A stretch of 64,000 nucleotides of DNA from Eledone cirrhosa (lineage: Eukaryota): positions 4,774,001 through 4,838,000 of the forward strand of contig OZ024745.1 in NCBI GenBank assembly GCA_964016885.1, in the 5' to 3' direction. Both the position numbers and the translations under genes were made by a program. Shown here one piece after another: positions 26,701-41,000 of the stretch. A model generated the notes under the pieces. It had not been told where the DNA came from. It saw only the letters and a program-made list of their open reading frames with translations, and ran no database searches. Numbering within the stretch: position 1 is the first letter of the stretch; the number at the start of each line of letters is the position of its first letter.

Positions 26701-29700
26701 ACAACTGTCTGCAGTACCCTAGTAGTGTACAGTTGAGAGTTTTCAGTACCCTAGTAGTGTGCAACTGTCTTCAGTACCCTAGTAGTGTACAGTTGAGAGT
26801 CTTCAGTACCCTAGTAGTGTACAACTGTCTTCAGTACCCTAGTAGTGTACAGTTAGGTGTCTTCAGTACCCCAGTAGTGTACAGTTGAGAGTCTTCAGTA
26901 CCCTAGTAGTGTACAGTTGAGTGTCTTCAGTACCCTAGTAGTGTACAGTTAGGTGTCTTCAGTACCCTAGTAGTGTACAGTTTGGTGTCTTCAGTACTCT
27001 AGTAGTGTACAGTTTGGTGTCTTCAGTACCCTAGTAGTGTACAACTGTCTTCAGTACCCTAGTAGTGTACGGTAAGGTGTCTTCAATACCCTAGTAGTGT
27101 ACAACTGTCTTCAGTAACCTAGTAGTGTACAACTGTCTTCCGTACCCTAGTAGTGTACAGTTGAGAGTCTTCAGTACCCTAGTAGTGTACAACTGTCTTC
27201 AGTACCCTAGTAGTGTACAGTTGAGTGTCTTCAGTACCCTAGTAGTGTACAGTTGAGAGTCTTCAGTACCTTAGTAGTGTACAACTGTCTTCAGTACTCT
27301 AGTAGTGTACAGTTGAGAGTCTTCAGTACCCTAGTAGTGTACAACTGTCTTCAGTACCCTAGTAGTGTACAACTGACTGTCTTCAGTACCCTAGTAGTGT
27401 ACTGTTAGGTGTCTTCAGTACCCTAGTAGTGTACAGTTGAGTGTCTTCAGTACCGTAGTAGTGTACAACTGGCTTCTGTACCCTAGTAGTGTACAACTGT
27501 ATTCAGTACCCTAGTAGTGTACAACTGTCTTCGGTACCCTAGTAGTGTATAACTGTCTTTAGTACCCTAGTAGTGTACAGTTGAGTGTCTTTAGTACCCT
27601 AGTAGTGTACAACTGGCTTCAGTACCCTAGTAGTGTACAACTGTCTTCAGTACCCTAGTAGTGTACAGTTGAGTGTCTTTAGTACACTAGTAGTGTACAA
27701 CTGCCTTCAGTACCCTAGTAGTGTACAGTTGAGTGTCTTCAGTAACCTAGTAGTGTACAACTGTCTTCAGTACCCTAGTAGTGTACAACTGTCTCCAGTA
27801 CCTTAGTAGTGTACAGTTGAGTGTCTTCAGTACCCTAGTAGTGTACAACTGGCTTCAGTACCCTAGTAGTATACAGTTGAGTCTTCAGTACCCTAGTAGT
27901 GTACAGTTGAGTGTCTTCAGTACCTTAGTAGTGTACAAATGTCTTCAGTACCCTAGTAGTGTACAGTTGAGAGTCTTCAGTACCCTAGTAGTGTACAACT
28001 GTCTTCTGTACCCTAGTAGTGTACAACTGACTGTCTTCAGTACCCTAGTAGTGTACAGTTAGGTGTCTTCAGTACCATAGTAGTGTACAGTTGAGTGTCT
28101 TCAGTACCCCAGTAGTGTACAGTTGAGTGTCTTCAGTACCCTAGTAGTATACAACTGGCTTCAGTACCCTAGTAGTGTACTACAGTCTTCAGTACCCTAG
28201 TAGTATACAGTTGAGTCTTCAGTATCCTAGTAGTGTTCAGTCGAGTGTCTTCAGAACCCTAGTAGTGTATAGTTGAGTGTCTTCAGTACCCTAGTAGTGT
28301 ACAACTGTCTTCAGTACCCTAATAGTGTACAGTTGAGAGTATTCAGTACCCTAGTAGTTTACAACTGTTTTCAGTACCCCAGTAGTGTACAACTGTCTTC
28401 AGTACCCTAGCAGTGTACAGTTGAGTGTCTTCAGTACCCTAGTAGTGTACAACTGTCTTCAGTACCCTAGTAGTGTACAGTTGAGAGACTTCAGTACCCT
28501 AGTAGTTTACAACTGTTTTCAGTACCCAGTAGTGTACAACTGTCTTCAGTACCCTAGTAGTGTACAGTTGAGTGTCTTCAGTACCCTAGTAGTGTACAAC
28601 TGTCTTCAGTACCCTAGTAGTGTACAGTTGAGTGTCTTCAGTACCCTAGTAGTGTACAACTGTCTTCAGTACCCTAATAGTGTACAGTTGAGAGTATTCA
28701 GTACCCTAGTAGTGTACAGTTGAGAGTCTTCAGTACTCTAGTAGTGTACAGTTGAGTGTCTTCAGTACCCTAGTAGTGTACAACTGTCTTCAGTACCCTA
28801 GTAGTGTACAGTTGAATGTCTTCAGTACCCTAGTAGTGTACAATTGAGAGTCTTCAGTACCCTAGTAGTGTACAACTGTCTTCAGTACCCTAGTAGTGTA
28901 CAGTTGAGAGTCTTCAGTACCTTAGTAGTGTACAACTGTCTGCAGTACCCTAGTAGTGTACAGTTGAGAGTTTTCAGTACCCTAGTAGTGTGCAACTGTC
29001 TTCAGTACCCTAGTAGTGTACAGTTGAGAGTCTTCAGTACCCTAGTAGTGTACAACTGTCTTCAGTACCCTAGTAGTGTACAGTTGAGAGTTTTCAGTAC
29101 CCTAGTAGTGTACAACTGTCTTCAGTACCCTAGTAGTGTACAGTTAGGTGTCTTCAGTACCCTAGTAGTGTACAGTTGAGAGTCTTCAGTACCCTAGTAG
29201 TGTACAGTTGAGTGTCTTCAGTACCCTAGTAGTGTACAGTTAGGTGTCTTCAGTACCCTAGTAGTGTACAGTTTGGTGTCTTCAGTACTCTAGTAGTGTA
29301 CAGTTTGGTGTCTTCAGTACCCTAGTAGTGTACAACTGTCTTCAGTACCCTAGTAGTGTACAACTGTCTTCAGTACCCTAGTAGTGTACAACTGTCTTCA
29401 GTACCCTAGTAGTGTACGGTAAGGTGTCTTCAATACCCTAGTATTGTACAACTGTCTTCAGTACCCTAGTAGTGTACAACTGTCTTCAGTACCCTAGTAG
29501 TGTACAGTTGAGAGTCTTCAGTACCCTAGTAGTGTACAGTTGAGAGTCTTCAGTACCCTAGTAGTGTACAACTGTCTTCAGTACCCTAGTAGTGTACAGT
29601 TGAGTGTCTTCAGTACCCTAGTAGTGTACAGTTGAGTCTTCAGTACCTTAGTAGTGTACAACTGTCTTCAGTACCCTAGTAGTGTACAGTTGAGAGTCTT

Positions 29701-31789
29701 CAGTACCCTAGTAGTGTACAACTATCTTCAGTACCCTAGTAGTGTACAACTGACTGTCTTCAGTACCCTAGTAGTGTACAGTTAGGTGTCTTCAGTACCC
29801 TAGTAGTGTACAGTTGAGTGTCTTCAGTACCGTAGTAGTGTACAACTGGCTTCTGTACCCTAGTAGTGTACAACTGTATTCAGTACCCTAGTAGTGTACA
29901 ACTGTCTTCGGTACCCTAGTAGTGTATAACTGTCTTTAGTACCCTAGTAGTGTACAGTTGAGTGTCTTTAGTACCCTAGTAGTGTACAACTGGCTTCAGT
30001 ACCCTAGTAGTGTACAACTGTCTTCAGTACCCTAGTAGTGTACAACTGCCTTCAGTACCCTAGTAGTGTACAGTTGAGTGTCTTCAGTAACCTAGTAGTG
30101 TACAACTGTCTTCAGTACCCTAGTAGTGTACAACTGTCTCCAGTACCTTAGTAGTGTACATTTGAGAGTCTTCAGTACCCTAGTAGTGTACAGTTGAGTG
30201 TCTTCAGTACCCTAGTAGTGTACAGTTGAGAGTCCTCAGTACCCTAGTAGTGTACAACTGTCTTCAGTACCCTAGTAGTGTACAATTGAGAGTCTTCAGT
30301 ACCCTAGTAGTGTACAGTTGAGTCTTCAGTACCCTAGTAGTGTACAGTTGAGTGTCTTCAGTACCCTAGTAGTGTACAACTGGCTTCAGTACCCTAGTAG
30401 TATACAGTTGAGTCTTCAGTACCCTAGTAGTGTACAGTTGAGTGTCTTCAGTACCCTAGTAGTGTACAACTGTCTTCAGTACCCTAGTAGTGTACAACTG
30501 ACTGTCTTCAGTACCCTAGTAGTGTACAGTTTGGTGTCTTCAGTACCCTAGTAGTGTACAGTTGAGTGTCTTCAGTACCGTAGTAGTGTACAACTGGCTT
30601 CTGTACCCTAGTAGTGTACAACTGTATTCAGTACCCTAGTAGTGTACAACTGGCTTCGGTACCCTAGTAGTGTATAACTGTCTTTAGTACCCTAGTAGTG
30701 TACAGTTGAGTGTCTTCAGTACCCTAGTAGTGTACAACTGGCTTCAGTACCCTAGTAGTGTACAACTGTCTTCAGTACCCCAGTAGTGTACAACTGGCTT
30801 CAGTACCCTAGTAGTATACAGTTGAGAGTCTTCAGTACCCTAGTAGTGTACAGTTGAGTGTCTTCAGTACCCTAGTAGTGTACAGTTGAGTGTCTTTAGT
30901 ACCGTAGTAGTGTACAACTGGCTTCTGTACCCTAGTAGTGTACAACTGTATTCAGTACCCTAGTAGTGTACAACTGGCTTCGGTACCCAAATAGTGTATA
31001 ACTGTCTTTAGTACCCTAGTAGTGTACAGTTGAGTGTCTTCAGTACCCTAGTAGTGTACAACTGGCTTCAGTACCCTAGTAGTGTACAACTGTCTTCAGT
31101 ACCCTAGTAGTGTACAACTGTCTTCAGTACTCTAGTAGTGTACAACTGTCTTCAGTACCCTAGTAGTGTACAACTGTCTCCAGTACCTTAGTAGTGTACA
31201 GTTGAGTGTCTTCAGTACCCTAGTAGTGTACAACTGGCTTCAGTACCCTAGTAGTATACAGTTGAGTCTTCAGTACCCTAGTAGTGTACAGTTGAGTGTC
31301 TTCATTACCCTAGTAGTGTACAACTGGCTTCAGTACCCTAGTAGTATACAGTTGAGATTCTTCAGTACCCTAGTAGTGTACAACTGGCTTCAGTACCCTA
31401 GTAGTATACAGTTGAGAGTCTTCAGTACCCTAGTAGTGTACAGTTGAGTGTCTTCAGTACCCTAGTAGTGTACAGTTGAGTGTCTTCAGTACCCTAGTAG
31501 TGTACAACTGGCTTCAGTACCCTAGTAGTGTACAACTGTCTTCAGTACCCTAGTAGTATACAGTTGAGTCTTCAGTACCCTAGTAGTGTACAGTTGAGTG
31601 TCTTCAGTACCCTAGTAGTGTACAGTTGAGTGTCTTCAGTACCCTAGTAGTGTACAGTTGAGAGTCTTCAGTACCCTAGTAGTGTACAACTGGCTTCAGT
31701 ACCCTAGTAGTGTACAACTGTCTTCAGTACCCTAGTAGTATACAGTTGAGAGTCTTCAGTACCCTAGTAGTGTACAGTTGAGTGTCTTC

Positions 31790-32410
31790 AGTACCCTAGT
31801 AGTGTACAGTTGAGAGTCTTCAGTACCCTAGTAGTGTACAGTTGAGTGTCTTCAGTACCCTAGAAGCGTACAACTGGCTTCAGTACCCTAGTAGTATACA
31901 GTTGAGTCTTCAGTATCCTAGTAGTGTACAGTCGAGTGTCTTCAGTACCCTAGTAGTGTACAGTTGAGAGTCTTCAGTACCCTAGTAGTGTACAGTTGAG
32001 TGTCTTCAGTACCCTAGAAGCGTACAACTGGCTTCAGTACCCTAGTAGTATACAGTTGAGTCTTCAGTATCCTAGTAGTGTACAGTCGAGTGTCTTCAGT
32101 ACCCTAGTAGTGTACAGTTGAGAGTCTTCAGTACCCTAGTAGTGTACAGTTGAGTGTCTTCAGTACCCTAGAAGCGTACAACTGGCTTCAGTACCCTAGT
32201 AGTATACAGTTGAGTCTTCAGTATCCTAGTAGTGTACAGTCGAGTGTCTTCAGTACCCTAGTAGTATACAGTTGAGAGTCTTCAGTACCCTAGTAGTGTA
32301 CAGTTGAGTGTCTTCAGTACCCTAGAAGCGTACAACTGGCTTCAGTACCCTAGTAGTATACAGTTGAGTCTTCAGTATCCTAGTAGTGTACAGTCGAGTG
32401 TCTTCAGTAC
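31790..32410 (+). repeat. Four tandem copies of a 154-bp 5-monomer unit (28+30+32+32+32)
   Basis: GAAGCGTAC at 31863, 32017, 32171, 32325, each followed by GTATCC and CAGTCGAG variants. Confidence 0.92.
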
Positions 32411-33259
32411 CCTAGTAGTGTACAGTTGAGTGTCTTCAGTACCCTAGTAGTGTACAACTGTCTTCAGTACCCTAATAGTGTACAGTTGAGAGTATTCAGT
32501 ACCCTAGTAGTGTACAACTGTCTTCAGTACCCTACTAATGTACAACTGTCTTCAGTACCCTAGTAGTGTACAGTTGAGAGTCTTCAGTACTCTAGTAGTG
32601 TACAGTTGATAGTCTTCAGTACCCTAGTACTGTACAACTGTCTTCAGTACCCTAGTAGTGTACAGTTGAGAGTCTTCAGTACCCTAGTAGTGTACAACTG
32701 TCTTCAGTAGCCTAGTAGTGTACAGTTGAGAGTCTTCAGTACCCTAGTACTGTACAACTGTCTTCAGTACCCTAGTAGTGTACAGTTGAGAGTCTTCAGT
32801 ACCCTAGTAGTGTACAACTGTCTTCAGTACCCTAGTAGTATACAGTTGAGTGTCTTCAGTAACCTAGTGGTGTACAACTGTCTTCAGTACCCTAGTAGTG
32901 TACAGTTGATAGTCTTCAGTACCCTAGTAGTGTACAACTGTCTTCAATACCCTAGTAGTGTGCAGTTGAGAGTCTTCAGTACCCTAGTAGTGTACAACTG
33001 TCTTCAGTACCCTAGTAGTGTACAACTGTCTTCAGTACCCTAGTAGTGTACAGTTGAGAGTCTTCAGTACCCTAGTAGTGTACAGTTGAGAGTCTTCAGT
33101 ACCCTATTAGTGTACAACTGTCTTCAGTACCCTAGTAGTGTACAGTTGAGAGTCTTCAGTACCCTAGTAGTGTACAACTGTCTTCAGTACCCTAGTAGTG
33201 TACAGTTGAGTGTCTTCAGTACTCTAGTAGTGTACAACTGTCTTCAGTACCCTAGTAGT

Positions 33260-36200
33260 GTACAGTTGAGAGTCTTCAGTACCCTAGTAGTGTACAACTG
33301 TCTTCAGTACCCTAGTAGTGTACAGTTGAGAGTCTTCAGTACCCTAGTAGTGTACAACTGTCTTCAATACCCTAATAGTGTACAACTGTCTTCAGTACCC
33401 TAGTAGTGTACAGTTGAGTCTTCAGTACCCTAGTAGTGTACAACTGTCTTCAGTACGCTAGTAGTGTACAGTTGAGTGTATTCAGCACCCTAGTAGTGTA
33501 CAACTGTCTTCAGTACCCTAGTAGTGTACAGTTGAGTGTCTTCAGTACTCTAGTAGTGTACAGTTGATAGTCTTCAGTACCCTAGTACTGTACAACTGTC
33601 TTCAGTACCCTAGTAGTGTACAGTTGAGAGTCTTCAGTACCGTAGTAGTGTACAACTGTCTTCAGTACCCTAGTAGTGTACAGTTGAGAGTCTTCAGTAC
33701 CGTAGTAGTGTACAGTTGAGAGTCTTCAGTACCCTAGTAGTGTACAGTTGAGTGTCTTCAATACCCTAGTAGTGTACAACTGTCTTCAGTACCCTAGTAG
33801 TGTACAGTTGAGTGTCTTCAGCACCCTAGTAGTGTACAACTGGCTTCAGTATCCTAGTAGTGTACAACTGTCTTCAGTACCCTAGTAGTGTACAGTTGAG
33901 AGTCTTCAGTACCCTAGTAGTGTACAGTTGAGTGTCTTCAGTACCCTAGTAGTGTACAACTGTCTTCTGTACCCTAGTATTGTACAACTGTCTTCAGTAC
34001 CCTAGTAGTGTACAGTTGAGAGTCTTCAGTACCCTAGTAGTGTACAGTTGAGAGTCTTCAGTAACCTAGTAGTGTACAACCGTCTTCAGTAACCTAGTAG
34101 TGTACAGTTGAGTGTCTTCAGTACCCTAGTAGTGTACAGTTGAGAGTCTTCAGTACCCTAGTAGTGTACAACTGTCTTCAGTACCCTAGTAGTGTACAGT
34201 TGAGTGTCTTCGGTACCCTAGTAGTGTACAGTTGAGAATCTTCAGTACCTTAGTAGTGTACAACTGTCTTCAGTACCCTAGTAGTGTACAGTTGAGAGTC
34301 TTCAGTACCCTAGTAGTGTACAACTGTCTTCAGTACCGTAGTAGTGTACAGTTAGGTGTCTTCAGTACCCTAGTAGTGTACAGTTGAGAGTCTTCAGTAC
34401 CCTAGTAGTGTACAACTGTCTTCAGTACCCTAGTAGTGTACATCTGACTGTCTTCAGTACCCTAGTAGTGTGCAGTTAGGTGTCTTCAGTACCCTAGTAG
34501 TGTACAGTTGAGTTTCTTCAGTACCCTAGTAGTGTACAACTGGCTTCAGTACCCTAGTAGTGTACAACTGTATTCAGTACCCTAGTAGTGTACAACTGGC
34601 TTCGGTACCCTAGTAGTGTACAACTGTCTTCAGTACCCTAGTAGTGTACAGTTGAGTGTCTTCAGTACCCTAGTAGTGTACAGTTGAGTGTCTTCAGTAC
34701 CCTAGTAGTGTACAACTGGCTTCAGTACCCTAGTAGTGTACAACTGTCTTCAGTACCCTAGTAGTGTACAACTGTCTTCAGTACCCTAGTAGTGTACAGT
34801 TGAGAGTCTTCAGTACCCTAGTAGTGTACAACTGTCTTCAGTACCCTAGTAGTGTACAGTTGAGAGTCTTCAGTACCCTAGTAGTGTACAACTGTCTTCA
34901 ATACCCTAGTAGTGTACAACTGTCTTCAGTACCCTAGTAGTGTACAGTTGAGTCTTCAGTACCCTAGTAGTGTACAACTGTCTCCAGTACGCTAGTAGTG
35001 TACAGTTGAGTGTATTCAGCACCCTAGTAGTGTACAACTGTCTTCAGTACCCTAGTAGTGTACAGTTGAGTGTCTTCAGTACTCTAGTAGTGTACAGTTG
35101 ATAGTCTTCAGTACCCTAGTACTGTACAACTGTCTTCAGTACCCTAGTAGTGTACAGTTGAGAGTCTTCAGTACCGTAGTAGTGTACAACTGTCTTCAGT
35201 ACCCTAGTAGTGTACAGTTGAGAGTCTTCAGTACCGTAGTAGTGTACAGTTGAGAGTCTTCAGTACCCTAGTAGCGTACAGTTGAGTGTCTTCAGTACCC
35301 TAGTAGTGTACAACTGTCTTCAGTACCCTAGTAGTGTACAGTTGAGTGTCTTCAGCACCCTAGTAGTGTACAACTGGCTTCAGTACCCTAGTAGTGTACA
35401 ACTGTCTTCAGTACCCTAGTAGTGTACAGCTGTCTTCAGTACCCTAGTAGTGTACAGTTGAGAGTCTTCAGTACCCTAGTACTGTACAGTTGAGAGTCTT
35501 CAGTACCCTAGTAGTGTACAGTTGAGTGTCTTCAGTACCCTAGTAGTGTACAACTGTCTTCAGTACCCTAGTATTGTACAAGTGTCTTCAGTACCCTAGT
35601 AGTGTACAGTTGAGAGTCTTCAGTAACCTAGTAGTGTACAACCGTCTTCAGTAACCTAGTAGTGTACAGTTGAGTGTCTTCAGTACCCTAGTAGTGTACA
35701 GTTGAGAGTCTTCAGTACCCTAGTAGTGTACAACTGTCTTCAGTACCCTAGTAGTGTACAGTTGAGTGTCTTCGATACCCTAGTAGTGTACAGTTGAGAA
35801 TCTTCAGTACCTTTGTAGTGTACAACTGTCTTCAGTACCCTAGTAGTGTACAGTTGAGAGTCTTCAGTACCCTAGTAGTGTACAACTGTCTTCAGTACCG
35901 TAGTAGTGTACAGTTAGGTGTCTTCAGTACCCTAGTAGTGTACAGTTGAGAGTCTTCAGTACCCTAGTAGTGTACAACTGTCTTCAGTACCCTAGTAGTG
36001 TACATCTGACTGTCTTCAGTACCCTAGTAGTGTACAGTTGAGTTTCTTCAGTACCCTAGTAGTGTACAACTGGCTTCAGTACCCTAGTAGTGTACAACTG
36101 TATTCAGTACCCTAGTAGTGTACAACTGGCTTCGGTACCCTAGTAGTGTACAACTGTCTTCAGTACCCTAGTAGTGTACAGTTGAGAGTCTTCAGTACCC

Positions 36201-36320
36201 TAGTAGTGTACAGTTGAGTGTCTTCAGTACCCTAGTAGTGTACAACTGGCTTCAGTACCCTAGTAGTGTACAACTGTCTTCAGTACCCTAGTAGTGTACA
36301 ACTGTCTTCAGTACCCTAGT
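33260..36320 (+). repeat. Tandem duplication of ~1.53-1.56 kb
   Basis: GTACGCTAG at 33453/34987, CAACCGTC at 34077/35639, CATCTGACT at 34441/36003, AGTTTCTTC at 34511/36041. Confidence 0.85.
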
Positions 36321-38029
36321 AGTGTACAACTGTCTTCAGTACCCTAGTAGTGTACAACTGGCTTCAGTACCCTAGTAGTATACAGTTGTGTCTTCAGTAC
36401 CCTAGTAGTGTACAGTTGAGTGTCTTCACTACCCTAGTAGTGTACAACTGGCTTCAGTACCCTAGTAGTATACAGTTGAGATTCTTCAGTACCCTAGTAG
36501 TGTACAAATGGCTTCAGTACCCTAGTAGTGTACAACTGGCTTCAGTACCCTAGTAGTATACAGTTGAGAGTCTTCAGTACCCTAGTAGTGTACAGTTGAG
36601 TGTCTTCAGTACCCTAGTAGTGTACAGTTGAGTGTCTTCAGTATCCTAGTAGTGTACAACTGGCTTCAGTACCCTAGTAGTGTACAACTGTCTTCAGTAC
36701 CCTAGTAGTATACAGTTGAGTCTTCAGTATCCTAGTAGTGTACAGTCGAGTGTCTTCAGTACCCTAGTAGTGTACAACTGGCTTCAGTACCCTAGTAGTA
36801 TACAGTTGAGTCTTCAGTGCCCTAGTAGTGTATAGTTGAGTGTCTTCAGTACCCTAGGAGTGTTCAGTTGAGAGTCTTCAGTACCCTAATAGTTTACAAC
36901 TGTTTTCAGTACCCCAGTAGTGTACAACTGTCTTCAGTACCCTAGTAGTGTACAGTTGAGTGTCTTCAGTACCCTAGTAGTGTACACCTGTATTCAGTAC
37001 CCTAATAGTGTACAGTTGAGAGTATTCAGTACCCTAGTAGTGTACAACTGTCTTCAGTACCCTAGTAAAGTACAACTGTCTTCAGTACCCTAGTAGTGTA
37101 CATTTGAGAGTTTTCAGCATTCTAGTAGTGTACAGTTGAGAGTCTTCAGTACCCTAGTACTGTACAACTGTCTTCAGTACCCTAGTAGTGTACAACTGGC
37201 TTCAGTACCCTAGTAGTGTACAACTGTCTTCAGTACCCTAGTAGTGTACAACTGTCTTCAGTACCCTAGTAGTGTACAGTTGAGAGTCTTCAGCTCCCTA
37301 GTACTGTACAGTTGAGAGTCTTCAGTACCCTAGTAGTGTACAGTTGAGTGTCTTCAGTACCCTAGTAGTGTACAGTTGAGTGTCTTCAGTATCCTAGTAG
37401 TGTACAACTGTCTTCAGTACCCTAGTAGTGTACAACTGTCTTCAGTACCCTAGTAGTGTACAGTTGAGTGTCTTCAGTACCCTAGTAGTGTACAGTTGAG
37501 TGTCTTCAGTACCCTAGTAGTGTACAACTGGCTTCAGTACCCTAGTAGTGTACAGTTGAGTGTCTTCAGCACCCTAGTAGTGTACAACTGTCTTCAGTAC
37601 CCTAGTAGTGTACAGTTAGGTGTCTTCAGTACCCTAGTAGTGTACAGTTGAGAGTCTTCAGTACCTTAGTAGTGTACAACTGCCTTCAGTACCCTAGTAG
37701 TGTACAGTTGAGAGTCTTCAGTACCCTAGTAGTGTACAACTGTCTTCAGTACCCTAGTAGTGTACAGTTAGGTGTCTTCAGTACCCTAGTAGTGTACAGT
37801 TGAGAGTCTTCAGTACCCTAGTAGTGTACAACTGTCTTCAGTACCCTAGTAGTGTGCAGTTAGGTGTCTTCAGTACCCTAGTAGTGTACAGTTGAGTGTC
37901 TTCAGTACCGTATTAGTGTACAACTGGCTTCAGTACCCTAGTTGTGTACAACTGTATTCAGTACCCTAGTAGTGTACAACTGGCTTCGGTACCCTAGTAG
38001 TGTACAACTGTCTTCAGTACCCTAGTAGT

Positions 38030-41000
38030 GTACAGTTGAGTGTCTTCAGTACCCTAGTAGTGTACAACTGTCTTCAGTACCCTAGTAGTGTACAGTTAGG
38101 TGTCTTCAGTACCCTAGTAGTGTACAGTTGAGAGTCTTCAGTACCTTAGTAGTGTACAACTGCCTTCAGTACCCTAGTAGTGTACAGTTGAGAGTCTTCA
38201 GTACCCTAGTAGTGTACAACTGTCTTCAGTACCCTAGTAGTGTACAGTTAGGTGTCTTCAGTACCCTAGTAGTGTACAGTTGAGAGTCTTCAGTACCCTA
38301 GTAGTGTACAACTGGCTTCAGTACCCTAGTAGTGTACAACTGTCTTCAGTACCCTAGTAGTGTACAACTGTCTTCAGTACCCTAGTAGTGTACAGTTGAG
38401 TGTCTTCAGTAACCTAGTAGTGTACAACTGTCTTCAGTACCCTAGTAGTGTACAACTGTCTTCAGTACCCTAGTAGTGTACAGTTGAGTGTCTTCAGTAC
38501 CCTGCTAGTGTACAACTGTCTTCAGTACCCTAGTAGTGTACAGTTGAGAGTCTTCAGTACCCTAGTAGTGTACAGTTGAGAGTCTTCAGTACCCTAGTAG
38601 TGTACAACTGTCGTCAGTACCCTAGTAGTGTACAACTGTCTTCAGTATCCTAGTAGTGTACAGTTGAGAGTCTTCAGTACCCTAGTAGTGTACAACTGTC
38701 TTCAGTACCCTAGTAGTGTACAATTGAGAGTCTTCAGTACCCTAGTAGTGTACAGTTGAGTCTTCAGTACCCTAGTAGTGTACAGTTGAGTGTCTTCAGT
38801 ACTCTAGTAGTGTACAACTGGCTTCAGTAACCTAGTAGTATACAGTTGAGTCTTCAGTACCCTAGTAGTGTACAGTTGAGTGTCTTCAGTACCCTAGTAG
38901 TGTACAACTGGCTTCAGTACCCCAGTAGTGTACAACTGGCTTCAGTACCCTAGTAGTATACAGTTGAGAGTCTTCAGTACCCTAGTAGTGTACAGTTGAG
39001 TGTCTTCAGTACCCTAGTAGTGTACAGTTGAGTGTATTCAGTACCCTAGTAGTGTACAACTGGCTTCAGTACCCTAGTAGTGTACAACTGTCTTCAGTAC
39101 CCTAGTAGTGTACAGTTGAGTGTCTTCAGTAACCTAGTAGTGTACAACTGTCTTCAGTACCCTAGTAGTGTACAACTGTCTTCAGTATCCTAGTACTGTA
39201 CAGTCGAGTGTCTTCAGTACCCTAGTAGTGTACAACTGTCTTCAGTACCCTAGGAGTGTTCAGTTGAGATTCTTCAGTACCCTAGTAGTTTACAACTGTT
39301 TTCAGTACCCCAGTAGTGTACAACTGTCTTCAGTACCCTAGTAGTGTACAGTTGAGAGTCTTCAGTACCCTAGTAGTGTACAACTGTCTTCAGTACCCTA
39401 ATAGTGTACAGTTGAGAGTATTCAGTACCCTAGTAGTGTACAACTGTCTTCAGTACCCTAGTAGTGTACAGTTGAGTGTCTTCAGCACCCTACTAGTGTA
39501 CAACTGGCCTCAGTACCCTAGTAGTGTACAACTGTCTTCAGTACCCTTGTAGTGTACAACTGTCTTCAGTACCCTAGTAGTGTACAGTTGAGAGTCTTCA
39601 GTACCCTAGTACTGTACAGTTGAGAGTCTTCAGTACCCTAATAGTGTACAGTTGAGTGTCTTCAGTACCCTAGTAGTGTACAACTGTCTTCAGTACCCTA
39701 GTAGTGTACAACTGTCTTCAGTACCCTAGTAGTGTACAGTTGAGTTTTCAGTACCCTAGTAGTGTACAGTTGAGAGTCTTCAGTACCCTAGTAGTGTACA
39801 ACTGTCTTCAGTACCCTAGTAGTGTACAACTGTCTTCAGTACCCTAATAGTGTACAGTTGAGTGTCTTCAGTACCCTGGCAGTGTACAGTTGAGTGTCTT
39901 CAGTACCCTAGTAGTGTACAACTGTCTTCAGTACCCTAGTAGTGTACAGTTAGGTGTCTTCAGTACCCTAGTAGTGTACAGTTGAGAGTCTTCAGTACCT
40001 TAGTAGTGTACAACTGCCTTCAGTACCCTAGTAGTGTACAGTTGAGAGTCTTCAGTACCCTAGTAGTGTACAACTGTCTTCAGTACCCTAGTAGTGTACA
40101 GTTAGGTGTCTTCAGTACCCTAGTAGTGTACAGTTGAGAGTCTTCAGTACCCTAGTAGTGTACAACTGGCTTCAGTACCCTAGTAGTGTACAACTGTCTT
40201 CAGTACCCTAGTAGTGTACAACTGTCTTCAGTACCCTAGTAGTGTACAGTTGAGTGTCTTCAGTAACCTAGTAGTGTACAACTGTCTTCAGTACCCTAGT
40301 AGTGTACAACTGTCTTCAGTACCCTAGTAGTGTACAGTTGAGTGTCTTCAGTACCCTGGTAGTGTACAACTGTCTTCAGTACCCTAGTAGTGTACAGTTG
40401 AGAGTCTTCAGTACCCTAGTAGTGTACAGTTGAGAGTCTTCAGTACCCTAGTAGTGTACAACTGTCGTCAGTACCCTAGTAGTGTACAACTGTCTTCAGT
40501 ATCCTAGTAGTGTACAGTTGAGAGTCTTCAGTACCCTAGTAGTGTACAACTGTCTTCAGTACCCTAGTAGTATACAATTGAGAGTCTTCAGTACCCTAGT
40601 AGTGTACAGTTGAGTCTTCAGTACCCTAGTAGTGTACAGTTGAGTGTCTTCAGTACCCTAGTAGTGTACAACTGGCTTCAGTAACCTAGTAGTATACAGT
40701 TGAGTCTTCAGTACCCTAGTAGTGTACAGTTGAGTGTCTTCAGTACCCTAGTAGTGTACAACTGGCTTCAGTACCCCAGTAGTGTACAACTGGCTTCAGT
40801 ACCCTAGTAGTGTACAGTTGAGTGTCTTCAGTACCCTAGTAGTGTACAGTTGAGTGTCTTCAGTACCCTAGTAGTGTACAACTGGCTTCAGTACCCTAGT
40901 AGTGTACAACTGTCTTCAGTACCCTAGTAGTGTACAGTTGAGTGTCTTCAGTAACCTAGTAGTGTACAACTGTCTTCAGTACCCTAGTAGTGTACAACTG

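Larger units (their letters stand above)
1..31800 (+). repeat. Left sub-domain: irregular kb-scale higher-order repeat marked by GTTGAAT>CAATTGAG>CTGCAG>GTTAGGT>GTTTGGT>GGTAAGG variants
   Basis: GTTGAAT marker at 436, 771, 3990, 6666, 9372, 11030, 12984, 14830, 17276, 25396, 26580, 28811. Nearly all are followed by the same ordered series of variant monomers. None was seen beyond about 30.6 kb. Confidence 0.85.
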
